Made by a program: the position numbers and the translations under genes. Positions 44,643-53,503 of a stretch of DNA of 64,000 nucleotides are shown here, one piece after another. The notes beneath the pieces were generated by a model. It ran no database searches. It was not told where the DNA came from and saw only the letters and a list, made by a program, of their open reading frames with translations. The DNA comes from Candidatus Omnitrophota bacterium (lineage in GTDB: Bacteria > Omnitrophota > Gorgyraeia > JABMRG01): positions 15,453-79,452 of the forward strand of contig JBHPDT010000001.1 in NCBI GenBank assembly GCA_042577545.1, read 5' to 3'. Every line of letters starts with the position of its first letter. The stretch's first letter is position 1.

Positions 44643-46316
44643 ATGAAAATGAAGGGCGCAAAGATACTAATAGAGTCATTATTAAAGGAGGATGTCGAAT
44701 GCATGTTCGGCTATCCAGGAGGTTCGGTCTTACCGATATTTGATGAGATATTTGAAGCTCCGATAAAATTTATTTTAACCAGGCATGAACAGGGTGCGGT
44801 ACACGCTGCAGACGGTTATGCTCGCGCAACAGGCAAGGTAGGCGTATGTCTTGCGACTTCTGGACCTGGAGCTACCAATCTTGTTACCGGTATTGCTACC
44901 GCATTTATGGATTCAGTGCCATTGGTTGCGATAACAGGTCAGGTTAAGACTTTTCTCATTGGAAATGACGCTTTTCAGGAAGCGGATGTTACTGGTATAA
45001 CCCGACCTATCTCAAAACATAACTACCTTGTTAAGGATGTTAATAACTTGGCTAATATTATAAAAGAGGCGTTCCACATCGCTAGAAGTGGAAGGCCCGG
45101 GCCTGTTGTTATCGATCTGCCTGTTGACGTTACAATGGCAGAAGCGGAGTTTAGCTATCCTGACGAGGTTAACATAAGAAGCTATAAGCCCGTTTATTTT
45201 GGCCATAGTGGTCAGATAAAGAAAGCTGCCAATGCTATTAAGGAATCTAAAAAACCTGTTATATATGCCGGTGGAGGAGTTATTATCTCAGAGGCGTCTG
45301 ATGAGCTGACCGCCCTTGCGCGAAAGACTAACATACCTGTTACAACCACATTGTTAGGTTTGGGAGCTTTTCCTGAGACCGATCCGCTAGCTTTACATAT
45401 GTTAGGTATGCATGGAACCGTTTATGCTAATCACGCTACGATGGATAGCGATCTTATCATAGCTGTTGGAGCAAGGTTCGAAGACAGGGTTACTGGAAAG
45501 CTCGATACATTTGCTCCGCATGCTAAGATCATTCATATAGATATAGATCCATCTAGTGTTAGTAAAAACGTCCATGTTCATATACCTATCGTTGGTGACG
45601 CCAAGAATATCTTAAGTGAATTGATTAAGATAGTTGAGAAGCCTGATACTCAAGCGTGGCTGAATCAGATAGATGAGTGGAAGAGTAAAGGGTCTTTAAA
45701 ATATGGAGAAAGCAGTGAGATAAAACCTCAGTATGTTGTTGAGCAGATCTACGAAGCTACTAAAGGTGATGCTATCATAGTTACTGAGGTTGGCCAGAAT
45801 CAGATGTGGGCTGCTCAGTATTACAAGTACACCAAACCGCGGACTTTTATATCCAGCGGCGGGCTGGGTACTATGGGATATGGTTTTCCAGCCGCTATTG
45901 GCGCGCAGATGGGTGCGCCTGATAAGGTAGTCTTTGATATTGCCGGAGACGGCAGTATACAGATGAATATTCAGGAGTTATCAACCGCTGTTTCGAATAA
46001 ACTTCCGGTTAATATAGCTATATTGAATAACTGTTATTTGGGGATGGTACGACAGTGGCAGGAGCTATTTTATAAGAAGAGATACTCGCATACATGTCTT
46101 GAGGCAGGATGCCCTGACTTTGTTAAATTAGCTGAGGCATATGGAGCGCTAGGGATGAGGATCTCTAAGAAGGAAGATGTTAGAGCTGCTATTGATAAGG
46201 CTGTTAATTCAAAGAATACTGTGGTCATGGATTTTCTTGTTGATAAGGAAGAGAACGTTTGGCCAATGGTTCCAGCTGGCGAGGCGATCAACCGCATGAT
46301 CGGGGGAATGGCTTAA
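44643..46316 (+). CDS. ilvB: Acetolactate synthase, large (catalytic) subunit
   Basis: ThDP enzyme with GDG..NN motif ([18 protein letters not shown]), [14 protein letters not shown]-terminus. Confidence 0.95.
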   Translation: MKMKGAKILIESLLKEDVECMFGYPGGSVLPIFDEIFEAPIKFILTRHEQGAVHAADGYARATGKVGVCLATSGPGATNLVTGIATAFMDSVPLVAITGQVKTFLIGNDAFQEADVTGITRPISKHNYLVKDVNNLANIIKEAFHIARSGRPGPVVIDLPVDVTMAEAEFSYPDEVNIRSYKPVYFGHSGQIKKAANAIKESKKPVIYAGGGVIISEASDELTALARKTNIPVTTTLLGLGAFPETDPLALHMLGMHGTVYANHATMDSDLIIAVGARFEDRVTGKLDTFAPHAKIIHIDIDPSSVSKNVHVHIPIVGDAKNILSELIKIVEKPDTQAWLNQIDEWKSKGSLKYGESSEIKPQYVVEQIYEATKGDAIIVTEVGQNQMWAAQYYKYTKPRTFISSGGLGTMGYGFPAAIGAQMGAPDKVVFDIAGDGSIQMNIQELSTAVSNKLPVNIAILNNCYLGMVRQWQELFYKKRYSHTCLEAGCPDFVKLAEAYGALGMRISKKEDVRAAIDKAVNSKNTVVMDFLVDKEENVWPMVPAGEAINRMIGGMA

Positions 46317-46412
46317 TTCGGTTTTCGGTTAGCGGTTCTCGGTTTTTCCGCCAAAGGCGGACCCGCCTCCGGCGGGCGTAACTACCGCACACCGTAAACC
46401 GCACACCGAACC
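46317..46412. repeat. CGGTTNN-word palindromic element carrying a GC-rich twin-hairpin core
   Basis: Arms ttcggttttcggttagcggttctcgg / ccgcacaccgtaaaccgcacaccgaacc. Core ccgcc-aaa-ggcgg a cccgcc-tcc-ggcggg (46348-46376). Positions 46333-46401 are 68/69 identical to 51552-51620. Confidence 0.9.
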
Positions 46413-46431
46413 ATAGAACAAGGATAAAAAA

Positions 46432-46902
46432 ATGAAACATATAATATCAGTTTTAGTTGAGAATAAGTTTGGAGTTCTGGCACGCGTTTCAGGCCTCTTT
46501 AGCGCAAGGGGTTTTAATATAGACTCATTAGCTGTAGGCGTGACAGAAGATCCTACAATATCCCGCATGACGATAGTTGTTAAAGGGGATGACAAGACTT
46601 TAGAGCAGGTTAAGAAACAGCTTAATAAGCTCATAGATGTTATCTCTGTAGGAGATTTTGCTAATAAAGAGCATATTGATAGAGAGCTTCTTTTGATAAA
46701 GGTCAATATTGATAAGGATGCAAAAAAAGCTGTTATTGACATATTAGAGAAAGCCCAGGCTACAATTATTAAGACAGCGGATGAGACTGTTACGGCGCAG
46801 ATAGCTTGTGATCAGGACCAGATATCGGAGCTTTTCAGTAGTCTTAATGAGTATGGCATTAAGGAGATAGTCAGGACAGGCCGTATCGCCATGGCGTTGT
46901 AA
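46432..46902 (+). CDS. ilvN: Acetolactate synthase, small (regulatory, ACT-domain) subunit
   Basis: HIISVLVENKFGVLARVSGLFSARGFNIDSL ACT signature. Follows ilvB. Confidence 0.9.
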   Translation: MKHIISVLVENKFGVLARVSGLFSARGFNIDSLAVGVTEDPTISRMTIVVKGDDKTLEQVKKQLNKLIDVISVGDFANKEHIDRELLLIKVNIDKDAKKAVIDILEKAQATIIKTADETVTAQIACDQDQISELFSSLNEYGIKEIVRTGRIAMAL

Positions 46903-46918
46903 CGCGTAATACAAACGT

Positions 46919-47057
46919 CTTCGGTTATCGGTTTGCGGTTAGCGGTTCTCGGAAAAACGTTGGCCGTAAACCGCACACCGAAAACCGTAAACCGAATTTA
47001 TATCGGTTCCCAGAAATGCAGTAGCCGTAAACCGTAAACCGAAAACCGAACACCGAA
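46919..47057. repeat. CGGTTNN-word element with one left arm and two right arms
   Basis: Left cttcggttatcggtttgcggttagcggttctcgg (46919-46952). Right 1 ccgtaaaccgcacaccgaaaaccgtaaaccgaa (46964-46996). Right 2 ccgtaaaccgtaaaccgaaaaccgaacaccgaac (47024-47057). Confidence 0.9.
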
Positions 47058-47078
47058 CTATAGAACAAGGAGCTGCAA

Positions 47079-48077
47079 ATGGCAAAGATTTATTATGACA
47101 AGGACGCGGATCTAGAACTTCTAAAAAGTAAGAAGGTGGCAATAATAGGCTATGGTATTCAAGGCAGGGGCCAGGGCCTTAATTTAAAAGATAGCGGTAT
47201 CGATGTTATTATATCTGAGTTGGAAGGCACGCCAAATTATGAGCAGGCTATCAAAGATGGTTTTAAGCCTGTTTCAGCGCAGGAAGCTGCCAAAGAGGCT
47301 GATATAATTCAGATATTGACCCAGGATCATGTTCAGGCAATGGTTTATAATGAATCTATAGCGCCAAACCTAAAAGATGGAGATGCCCTGGTTTTTTCAC
47401 ACGGATTCAACATACACTTTAAGCAGATAGTTCCTCCAAAGAACGTGGATGTTCTTATGGTAGCGCCAAAAGGTCCTGGCGCGCTAGTAAGGCAGATGTA
47501 TGTTGAAGACAAAGGCGTTCCCTGTCTTATCGCGATATTTCAGGAATTTAGTGGTAAGGCGCTGGAAATAGGGTTAGCATATGCTAAGGGCATAGGTGGT
47601 ACTAGGGCAGGCGTAATTGAGACAACGTTTGCTGAGGAGACAGAGACAGATCTCTTTGGTGAGCAGGTTGTTCTATGCGGCGGCGCTACAGAGCTGATCA
47701 AGGCGGGCTTTGAGACGCTCGTTGCTGCCGGTTATCAGCCTGAAATAGCGTATTTTGAATGTCTGCATGAGCTTAAGCTCATAACAGATCTAATTTATAA
47801 ACATGGCATAACAGGTATGCGTAATCGCGTATCTGATACTGCTGAGTATGGTGACTATTCTCGGGGCAACAGGGTTGTGGATCAGAAGACCAGAGATACA
47901 ATGAAGACTATATTATCTGAAATACAGTCTGGTAAATTTGCCAAAGAGTGGATCGATGAGAATAAGAACGGCAGAAAGAACTTTAATTCTATGCGAGAGA
48001 AAGAATCTCAGCATATGATAGAATCAGTGGGCAAAGAGTTGCGTGAACTTATGCCCTGGATGAAGAGCGAAGAATAA
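47079..48077 (+). CDS. ilvC: Ketol-acid reductoisomerase (class I)
   Basis: Rossmann [20 protein letters not shown], metal-binding region [11 protein letters not shown]. Confidence 0.95.
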   Translation: MAKIYYDKDADLELLKSKKVAIIGYGIQGRGQGLNLKDSGIDVIISELEGTPNYEQAIKDGFKPVSAQEAAKEADIIQILTQDHVQAMVYNESIAPNLKDGDALVFSHGFNIHFKQIVPPKNVDVLMVAPKGPGALVRQMYVEDKGVPCLIAIFQEFSGKALEIGLAYAKGIGGTRAGVIETTFAEETETDLFGEQVVLCGGATELIKAGFETLVAAGYQPEIAYFECLHELKLITDLIYKHGITGMRNRVSDTAEYGDYSRGNRVVDQKTRDTMKTILSEIQSGKFAKEWIDENKNGRKNFNSMREKESQHMIESVGKELRELMPWMKSEE

Positions 48078-48081
48078 ACGT

Positions 48082-48272
48082 TTCGTATCTCGTTGTTCGT
48101 ATCTTGTATCTCGAAAAAACACTTGAACGAGAAGGAGGCGAGATACGAGATACGAGATACTAGATACGGAAACATGTGAACAAGAAGATAGCTAGATACG
48201 GAAACAGCAGAACAAGAAAAAACAAGTGGAACTAGCTTAAGCGAGATACGAGATACTAGATACGAGATACGA
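48082..48272. repeat. ~190-bp CGTATCT/GAGATAC-word composite element, copy A
   Basis: Left arm ttcgtatctcgttgttcgtatcttgtatctcg (48082-48113). GAGATAC arrays at 48139-48168 and 48241-48272, plus a short one at 48191-48200. Left arm pairs 27/32 with 48241-48272. Modules shared with 54606-54800. Confidence 0.9.
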
Positions 48273-48275
48273 ATT

Positions 48276-49808
48276 ATGAAGAAAGACATAATTATATTCG
48301 ATACAACGTTAAGAGATGGTGAGCAATCTCCAGGGGCAAGTCTTCAGCAGAACGAGAAGCTTGAGATAGCTCTTGGGCTTGCTCGTCTTGGCGTAGATGT
48401 TATTGAAGCTGGTTTTCCAATAGCATCACCAGATGATCTTGCGGCTGTTAAGCTGATAAGTGAGCGGGTAAAAGGACCTATTATATGCGGTCTTGCGCGT
48501 TCTCTTAAAGAGGATATAGACGCTGCTTATGAAGCTGTAAGACATGCTCAGCGTCCCCGTATACATGTTTTCTTGGCTACATCGAAGATCCATATGAAGT
48601 ATAAGCTTAAGAAGGCTGAAGAAGAGATACTTAGGCAGGCTGTCGAGGCTGTCGACTACGCAAAGAGTTATGTGAATGATGTTGAGTTCTCGCCGGAGGA
48701 CGCGTCTAGAACTCACCCTGATTTTCTCTTTAAGGTTCTTGAAGAAGTTATTAACGCGGGAGCAACGACTGTAAATATTCCTGACACCGTGGGATACGCT
48801 ATACCTGAAGAATTTGGGAGGCTTATATACAACATAAAGCGAAGAGTGCCAAATATCAACAATGCTGTAATAAGCGTACATTGTCATAATGATCTTGGCT
48901 TGGCGGTCTCCAATTCATTGGCTGCGGTTACATATGGAGCTGGCCAGGTGGAATGTACTATAAATGGTATTGGTGAGCGCGCTGGAAATGCTTCTCTTGA
49001 AGAGATAGTCATGGGAATGAAGACCAGAAAAGATTTTTTCAATAATAAGACAGGTATAAAATCAAAGCATCTATATGAAACATCGCGCATGGTAAGCAGG
49101 CTCACCGGAATTCTTATACAGCCTAACAAGGCTATTGTGGGATCGAATGCCTTTGCTCATGAGGCGGGAATTCATCAGGACGGTATCTTAAAGATGCCAG
49201 CTACCTATGAGATAATGAAGCCTCAGGATGTGGGTTTTGGCGAAACCAAACTTGTTCTCGGTAAACATTCTGGCAGGCACGCGCTTTCAGTTAGACTTAA
49301 AAAACTCGGCCATGATCTTAAAGGCGATGATTTAAAACGCGCGTTCGAAAAATTTAAGAAACTGGCTGATAAGAAGAAGAATATATATGATGAGGATCTT
49401 AATGCGATTATCGAGGATGATATTGCGTTGATGCCAGAACTCTATAGACTTGAGTACCTCTATATTGAGGGAGGAACTCAATCGGAACCTAAAGCTACTG
49501 TTAAGGTCAAGTTCAAAAATAAGAAGATAGATGCGACAGCTACAGGTGATGGACCCGTAGATGCATGCTATAAGGCTATAGATAAGATAACCGGCCTTAA
49601 AGGCAAACTACTCGATTATAGTATAAGATCTATTACCAGCGGCAAAGACGCCCTTGGTGAAGCATCTATAAAGATAGAGATAAAGGGCAAAGTTGTCTCT
49701 GGCAGGGGTACGAGTACGGATGTAATCGAAGCAAGTGTTAAGGCATATCTTAATGTTATAAATAAGATATTCTCATTCCATCCGCAGAAGATCAAGCAGT
49801 GCCTATAA
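48276..49808 (+). CDS. leuA: 2-isopropylmalate synthase
   Basis: [24 protein letters not shown]-terminal LeuA dimerisation/regulatory domain. 510 aa. Confidence 0.9.
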   Translation: MKKDIIIFDTTLRDGEQSPGASLQQNEKLEIALGLARLGVDVIEAGFPIASPDDLAAVKLISERVKGPIICGLARSLKEDIDAAYEAVRHAQRPRIHVFLATSKIHMKYKLKKAEEEILRQAVEAVDYAKSYVNDVEFSPEDASRTHPDFLFKVLEEVINAGATTVNIPDTVGYAIPEEFGRLIYNIKRRVPNINNAVISVHCHNDLGLAVSNSLAAVTYGAGQVECTINGIGERAGNASLEEIVMGMKTRKDFFNNKTGIKSKHLYETSRMVSRLTGILIQPNKAIVGSNAFAHEAGIHQDGILKMPATYEIMKPQDVGFGETKLVLGKHSGRHALSVRLKKLGHDLKGDDLKRAFEKFKKLADKKKNIYDEDLNAIIEDDIALMPELYRLEYLYIEGGTQSEPKATVKVKFKNKKIDATATGDGPVDACYKAIDKITGLKGKLLDYSIRSITSGKDALGEASIKIEIKGKVVSGRGTSTDVIEASVKAYLNVINKIFSFHPQKIKQCL

Positions 49809-49820
49809 GAATCTTTTCTT

Positions 49821-50672
49821 ATGAAAAAGAGAGATGATTACATGATTTATGGCATCATAGGCTGTCCGGTTGAACACAGCCTCTCGCCTTTTATGCAGAA
49901 CGCTGCCTTTAGAAAATTAGATATAGAGGCAGCGTATCTTCCTTTCCGCGTCAATAAGGGAAAACTGAAGTCTTTTATCTCTTCTTTGCGAAAGAGCAGG
50001 ATATCAGGTTTCAATGTTACTATACCTTACAAGTCAGATGTTATTAAACTCCTAGATAAGATAGATCCGATAGCTGCTAAGATAGGGGCTGTCAACACCG
50101 TGGTTGTGAAGAATAAGAAATTTATAGGTTACAATACCGATAGCCCTGGATTTATCAGAAGTCTCAAGGAAGATCTTAAGATCAATCTTAAGAACAAGAG
50201 TGTTTTTGTAATAGGCGCTGGAGGCGCTGCCAGGGCTGTGGCGTTTGGGCTCATAGGAGAAGGCATACGAAGTATCTATTTATTCGATGTGATAAAAAAG
50301 AAAGCAGATGCTTTAGCGAAGGATGTTCGTGGATATTCATCTTATTGCGATGTAGTTAGCTCCTCTAGAGCCCAGATAAAAGAATCCCTCAAAAACTGCG
50401 GGCTTCTTGTCAACTGCACGCCGCTTGGAATGCGTAAATCAGATCCATTACCGATCGATCCCAGATTGCTGCGTAAAGGGCTTAAGGTATATGATATTGT
50501 ATATACTCCTTTGGTGACAAAGCTTATTCGGGTTGCGCGCAAAAAGGGCATAAAGGCTGTTGGTGGCGCTGGCATGCTTCTTTATCAAGGGGCAAGCGCT
50601 TTTGAGCTGTGGACTAAGAAGAAGGCCCCTATCGAGTTAATGAGAAAGGAACTCTATAATAGATTGAAGTGA
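49821..50672 (+). CDS. aroE: Shikimate dehydrogenase
   Basis: IGCPVEHSLSP, NVTIPYK, GAVNT, Rossmann VIGAGGAARAV. Confidence 0.85.
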   Translation: MKKRDDYMIYGIIGCPVEHSLSPFMQNAAFRKLDIEAAYLPFRVNKGKLKSFISSLRKSRISGFNVTIPYKSDVIKLLDKIDPIAAKIGAVNTVVVKNKKFIGYNTDSPGFIRSLKEDLKINLKNKSVFVIGAGGAARAVAFGLIGEGIRSIYLFDVIKKKADALAKDVRGYSSYCDVVSSSRAQIKESLKNCGLLVNCTPLGMRKSDPLPIDPRLLRKGLKVYDIVYTPLVTKLIRVARKKGIKAVGGAGMLLYQGASAFELWTKKKAPIELMRKELYNRLK

Positions 50673-50754
50673 GATCCTTCGGCCTTACGGCCTCAGGATG
50701 AGGCCTCCTTACACGAAACAATGCGTCGAGGCCTCACTTAACAAAGAGGAGAAG

Positions 50755-51528
50755 ATGATACTTTTTTTTACAATTGTTTTTGCTCTTGCTATAGGAAGCT
50801 TTTTAAATGTATGCATATATAGAATGCCGCAGGAGAAGTCGGTGGTCATGCCCCGATCTTTTTGCCCGAAATGCAAACACATTATACCGATATATGACAA
50901 TATCCCTATTTTAAGTTTTATAGTACTTGGGGGCAAGTGTCGTTTTTGCAAAGAGAGGATCTCTGTAAGGTATCTGATAGTTGAGCTGTTAACAGCCCTT
51001 ACGTTTGTCACCCTGGTAACTCAGCTAGGATTAAGCATCACAACCATTATCTATATTATCCTTTCTTGCGGACTTATAGTCGCTACCTTTATAGATTTTG
51101 AACATCAGATTATTCCGGATGAGATAACATATGGGGGTATGGTTTTAGGACTTATAGCTAGTGTCGCGTTTCCACAGCTTCATGATACAGCCAATAGACT
51201 GCACGCGCTCTTCTTCTCTTTTATCGGACTTCTAACAGGTGGCGCTATAATCTATCTTACCGGAGTAGCTGGTAAACTGATATTTAAGAAAGATGCCATG
51301 GGCGGCGGGGATGTAAAATTCCTAGCTATGATAGGGGCATTCTTAGGTTTTAGTAACGCTATATTCATATATTTCTTAGCGCCATTTTTTGGATCTGTGG
51401 TAGGGATTATTGCCAAGATCAAGTTTAAGGCGGATATAATTCCTTATGGCCCATATCTTTCATTGGCGACTTTTATTGTTATTATCTGGGGTGATAAGAT
51501 CATGCGGATCTTGTTCCCATATCTTTAG
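50755..51528 (+). CDS. pilD: Prepilin peptidase / N-methyltransferase family A24
   Basis: Zn pairs CPKC..CRFC, catalytic Asp regions FIDFEHQIIPDE and GGGDVKF. Start moved to ATG 50755 (RBS agaggag) because the listed upstream 19 codons cover a GC-rich hairpin (tgaggcctc / gaggcctca, 50698-50736). Confidence 0.85.
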   Translation: MILFFTIVFALAIGSFLNVCIYRMPQEKSVVMPRSFCPKCKHIIPIYDNIPILSFIVLGGKCRFCKERISVRYLIVELLTALTFVTLVTQLGLSITTIIYIILSCGLIVATFIDFEHQIIPDEITYGGMVLGLIASVAFPQLHDTANRLHALFFSFIGLLTGGAIIYLTGVAGKLIFKKDAMGGGDVKFLAMIGAFLGFSNAIFIYFLAPFFGSVVGIIAKIKFKADIIPYGPYLSLATFIVIIWGDKIMRILFPYL

Positions 51529-51542
51529 TGGATACGAATGTT

Positions 51543-51626
51543 TTCGGTTATCGGTTCTCGGTTTTTCCGCCAAAGGCGGACCCGCCTCCGGCGGGCGTAA
51601 CTACCGCGCACCGTAAACCGAACACC
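51543..51626. repeat. CGGTTNN-word element with GC-rich twin-hairpin core, second copy
   Basis: ttcggttatcggttctcggtttttccgccaaaggcggacccgcctccggcgggcgtaactaccgcgcaccgtaaaccgaacacc. Core at 51567-51597. Followed by tagaacaaggagg, the RBS of aroC. Confidence 0.9.
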
Positions 51627-51652
51627 TAGTTTTAGAACAAGGAGGAACAATA

Positions 51653-52774
51653 ATGTTACGTTACTTAACAGCAGGCGAATCGCATGGTGAAGCGCTGGTT
51701 GCTATACTTGAAGGCATGGTAGCTGGTTTAAAGATAGATCAGAGCAAGATAGATAAGGAGCTTAAGCGTCGTCAGCAGGGCTATGGGCGTGGCGGGCGTA
51801 TGAAGATTGAGTCTGACAGAGCAAATATACTCTCTGGTATACGAAAGGGCTCTACCTTGGGCAGTCCCATAGCTATTATGATTAAGAATAAAGATTTCAG
51901 TATTAACCGATTGGCAGCGGTCACTTCTCCACGACCCGGACACGCGGATCTAGCTGGAATATTAAAGTATAATAGCAAAGACGCGCGGGATATATTGGAG
52001 AGAGCAAGTGCCAGAGAGACTGCGGCTAGAGTAGGGGTTGGCGCTATATGCAAAGAGTTCTTGTCAGAGTTTGGGATTAATATATTTAGTCATATCACTT
52101 ATCTGGATGGTGTTAATGCCGCTACAAAAAACCTGTCATTTGACCAGATAATAAAAAAGGTCTCTAAGTCTAAGCTAAATTGCGCGGATGAAGGGGCTGA
52201 ATCTCTTATGATAAAAAGAATCGACACCGCAAAGGCGAAAGGTGATACTCTGGGGGGAGCTTTTGAGGTTATCGCGCTTGGCCTTATACCAGGTTTAGGC
52301 AGTTGTATGCATTACGACAGAAAGCTCGATGCAATAATAGCCTTTGAACTTATGTCTATGCAGGCGATAAAAGGTATTGAGTTTGGCGCGGGCTTTAATG
52401 GCTGCAGATCTTTTGGATCACAATTTCACGATCCTATATCTATCAAGGGTAAGAGTATTAAGAGGGTAAGAAATAACGCGGGCGGCATAGAGGGCGGGAT
52501 GAGTAATGGCCAACCGATTAGAGTAACCTGCGCTATGAAACCGATCGCGACTCTTCTTAACCCATTAGATTCCATTGATATTAGGAAGAAGATATCACAG
52601 AAAGCGGCTGTTGAAAGATCAGATATCTGCGCTCTGCCAGCAGCGTCTGTAGTTGGTGAGAATATCATGGCTTTTGTGCTTGCCCAAGCTATGCTTGAGA
52701 AGTTTGGTGGCGACTCACTTGATGAGACAAAACGTAATTACAAGAGCTACGTGAAGAATTTGCCTTTCAAGTAG
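51653..52774 (+). CDS. aroC: Chorismate synthase
   Basis: MLRYLTAGESHG, RPGHADL, GRSSARETA-like SARETAARV, GGMSNG motifs. Confidence 0.95.
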   Translation: MLRYLTAGESHGEALVAILEGMVAGLKIDQSKIDKELKRRQQGYGRGGRMKIESDRANILSGIRKGSTLGSPIAIMIKNKDFSINRLAAVTSPRPGHADLAGILKYNSKDARDILERASARETAARVGVGAICKEFLSEFGINIFSHITYLDGVNAATKNLSFDQIIKKVSKSKLNCADEGAESLMIKRIDTAKAKGDTLGGAFEVIALGLIPGLGSCMHYDRKLDAIIAFELMSMQAIKGIEFGAGFNGCRSFGSQFHDPISIKGKSIKRVRNNAGGIEGGMSNGQPIRVTCAMKPIATLLNPLDSIDIRKKISQKAAVERSDICALPAASVVGENIMAFVLAQAMLEKFGGDSLDETKRNYKSYVKNLPFK

Positions 52775-52824
52775 TTGTTGTAATATTGTCTGGCAAATAG
52801 CTGTAAAAATATGTATATATCAAA

Positions 52825-52916
52825 GAAACCAGAAACCAGAAACCAGTAACCAGAAACCAGAAGATACCAGATATCAGGAAAAACTAATCTGGAAACTGGC
52901 AACTGGCAACTGGTTA
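52825..52916. repeat. Heptad-periodic palindromic element, CTGGTNN word (asymmetric arms)
   Basis: gaaacca gaaacca gaaacca gtaacca gaaacca gaagata ccagata tcagg, then a loop, then atctgga aactggc aactggc aactggtta. Confidence 0.9.
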
Positions 52917-52955
52917 TTTATCGAATCTTCTTGTTTTTAACAGGAGGAACGGTTC

Positions 52956-53495
52956 ATGAAAAACATAGTGCTAGTCGGATTCATGGGGACAGGAAAGACG
53001 AGAATTAGTAAAATTCTCGCCAAGCGTCTTAAGCGGCAGCGCTTGTGTATTGATGATATGATCGAATGGAAGATCGGAAAACCCATATCCCGAATATTTA
53101 CAGAAGATGGTGAAGAGTATTTTCGAAAACTTGAATCAGAGATGGCGGCATCTGTATCTAAAGATAGGAATGCTATTATAGACGCTGGTGGTGGAATAGT
53201 TATAAATGAGTCGAATGTCAGGCGCTTGAAGGAGCATGGCATTCTTTTTTGCCTTAAGGCAAGACCAGAGGTGATATACGATAGGGTCAAGGCGCATGCT
53301 CATAGGCCTTTATTAAATACAGAAGATCCTGTTTCAAGCATAGCTAAGTTGCTTAAAGAACGTGATAACCATTATCAGCGCGCTGATTATACTATAGATA
53401 CCTCTGATCTTAAACCTATTGAGATTGTGGATAAGATCATAGCTATAGTAGATGAGCATGAGTCTGATAAGAGAAGCCATCTTGTATTAACGTAA
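52956..53495 (+). CDS. aroK: Shikimate kinase
   Basis: P-loop LVGFMGTGKT, DAGGG motif (IIDAGGGIV). 179 aa. Confidence 0.85.
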   Translation: MKNIVLVGFMGTGKTRISKILAKRLKRQRLCIDDMIEWKIGKPISRIFTEDGEEYFRKLESEMAASVSKDRNAIIDAGGGIVINESNVRRLKEHGILFCLKARPEVIYDRVKAHAHRPLLNTEDPVSSIAKLLKERDNHYQRADYTIDTSDLKPIEIVDKIIAIVDEHESDKRSHLVLT

Positions 53496-53503
53496 AAAAA
53501 CTT

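Noticed and set aside
46329-46742. 137-aa minus-strand ORF spanning the GC-rich repeat core and ilvN. Also 5607-5942 (minus), 1656-1922 (minus) and 46939-47142 (minus), which read through repeat elements.
   Set aside because: They are composed of antisense ilvN/ricT/cysE sequence plus translated palindromes (for example ..PAGGGSAFGGK, ..HPRESGD..). The same repeat peptides recur wherever the element occurs, so these are artefacts.
48008-48289. Minus-strand ORF whose peptide (..[40 protein letters not shown]) resembles that of minus ORF 54512-54760, suggesting a conserved small protein
   Set aside because: The similarity is fully explained by nucleotide repeat copies A and B. Differences are not biased to synonymous sites, one copy has a 69-nt indel, and both ORFs run into the antisense of the ilvC/dprA 3' ends. 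This is repeat-derived, not coding.
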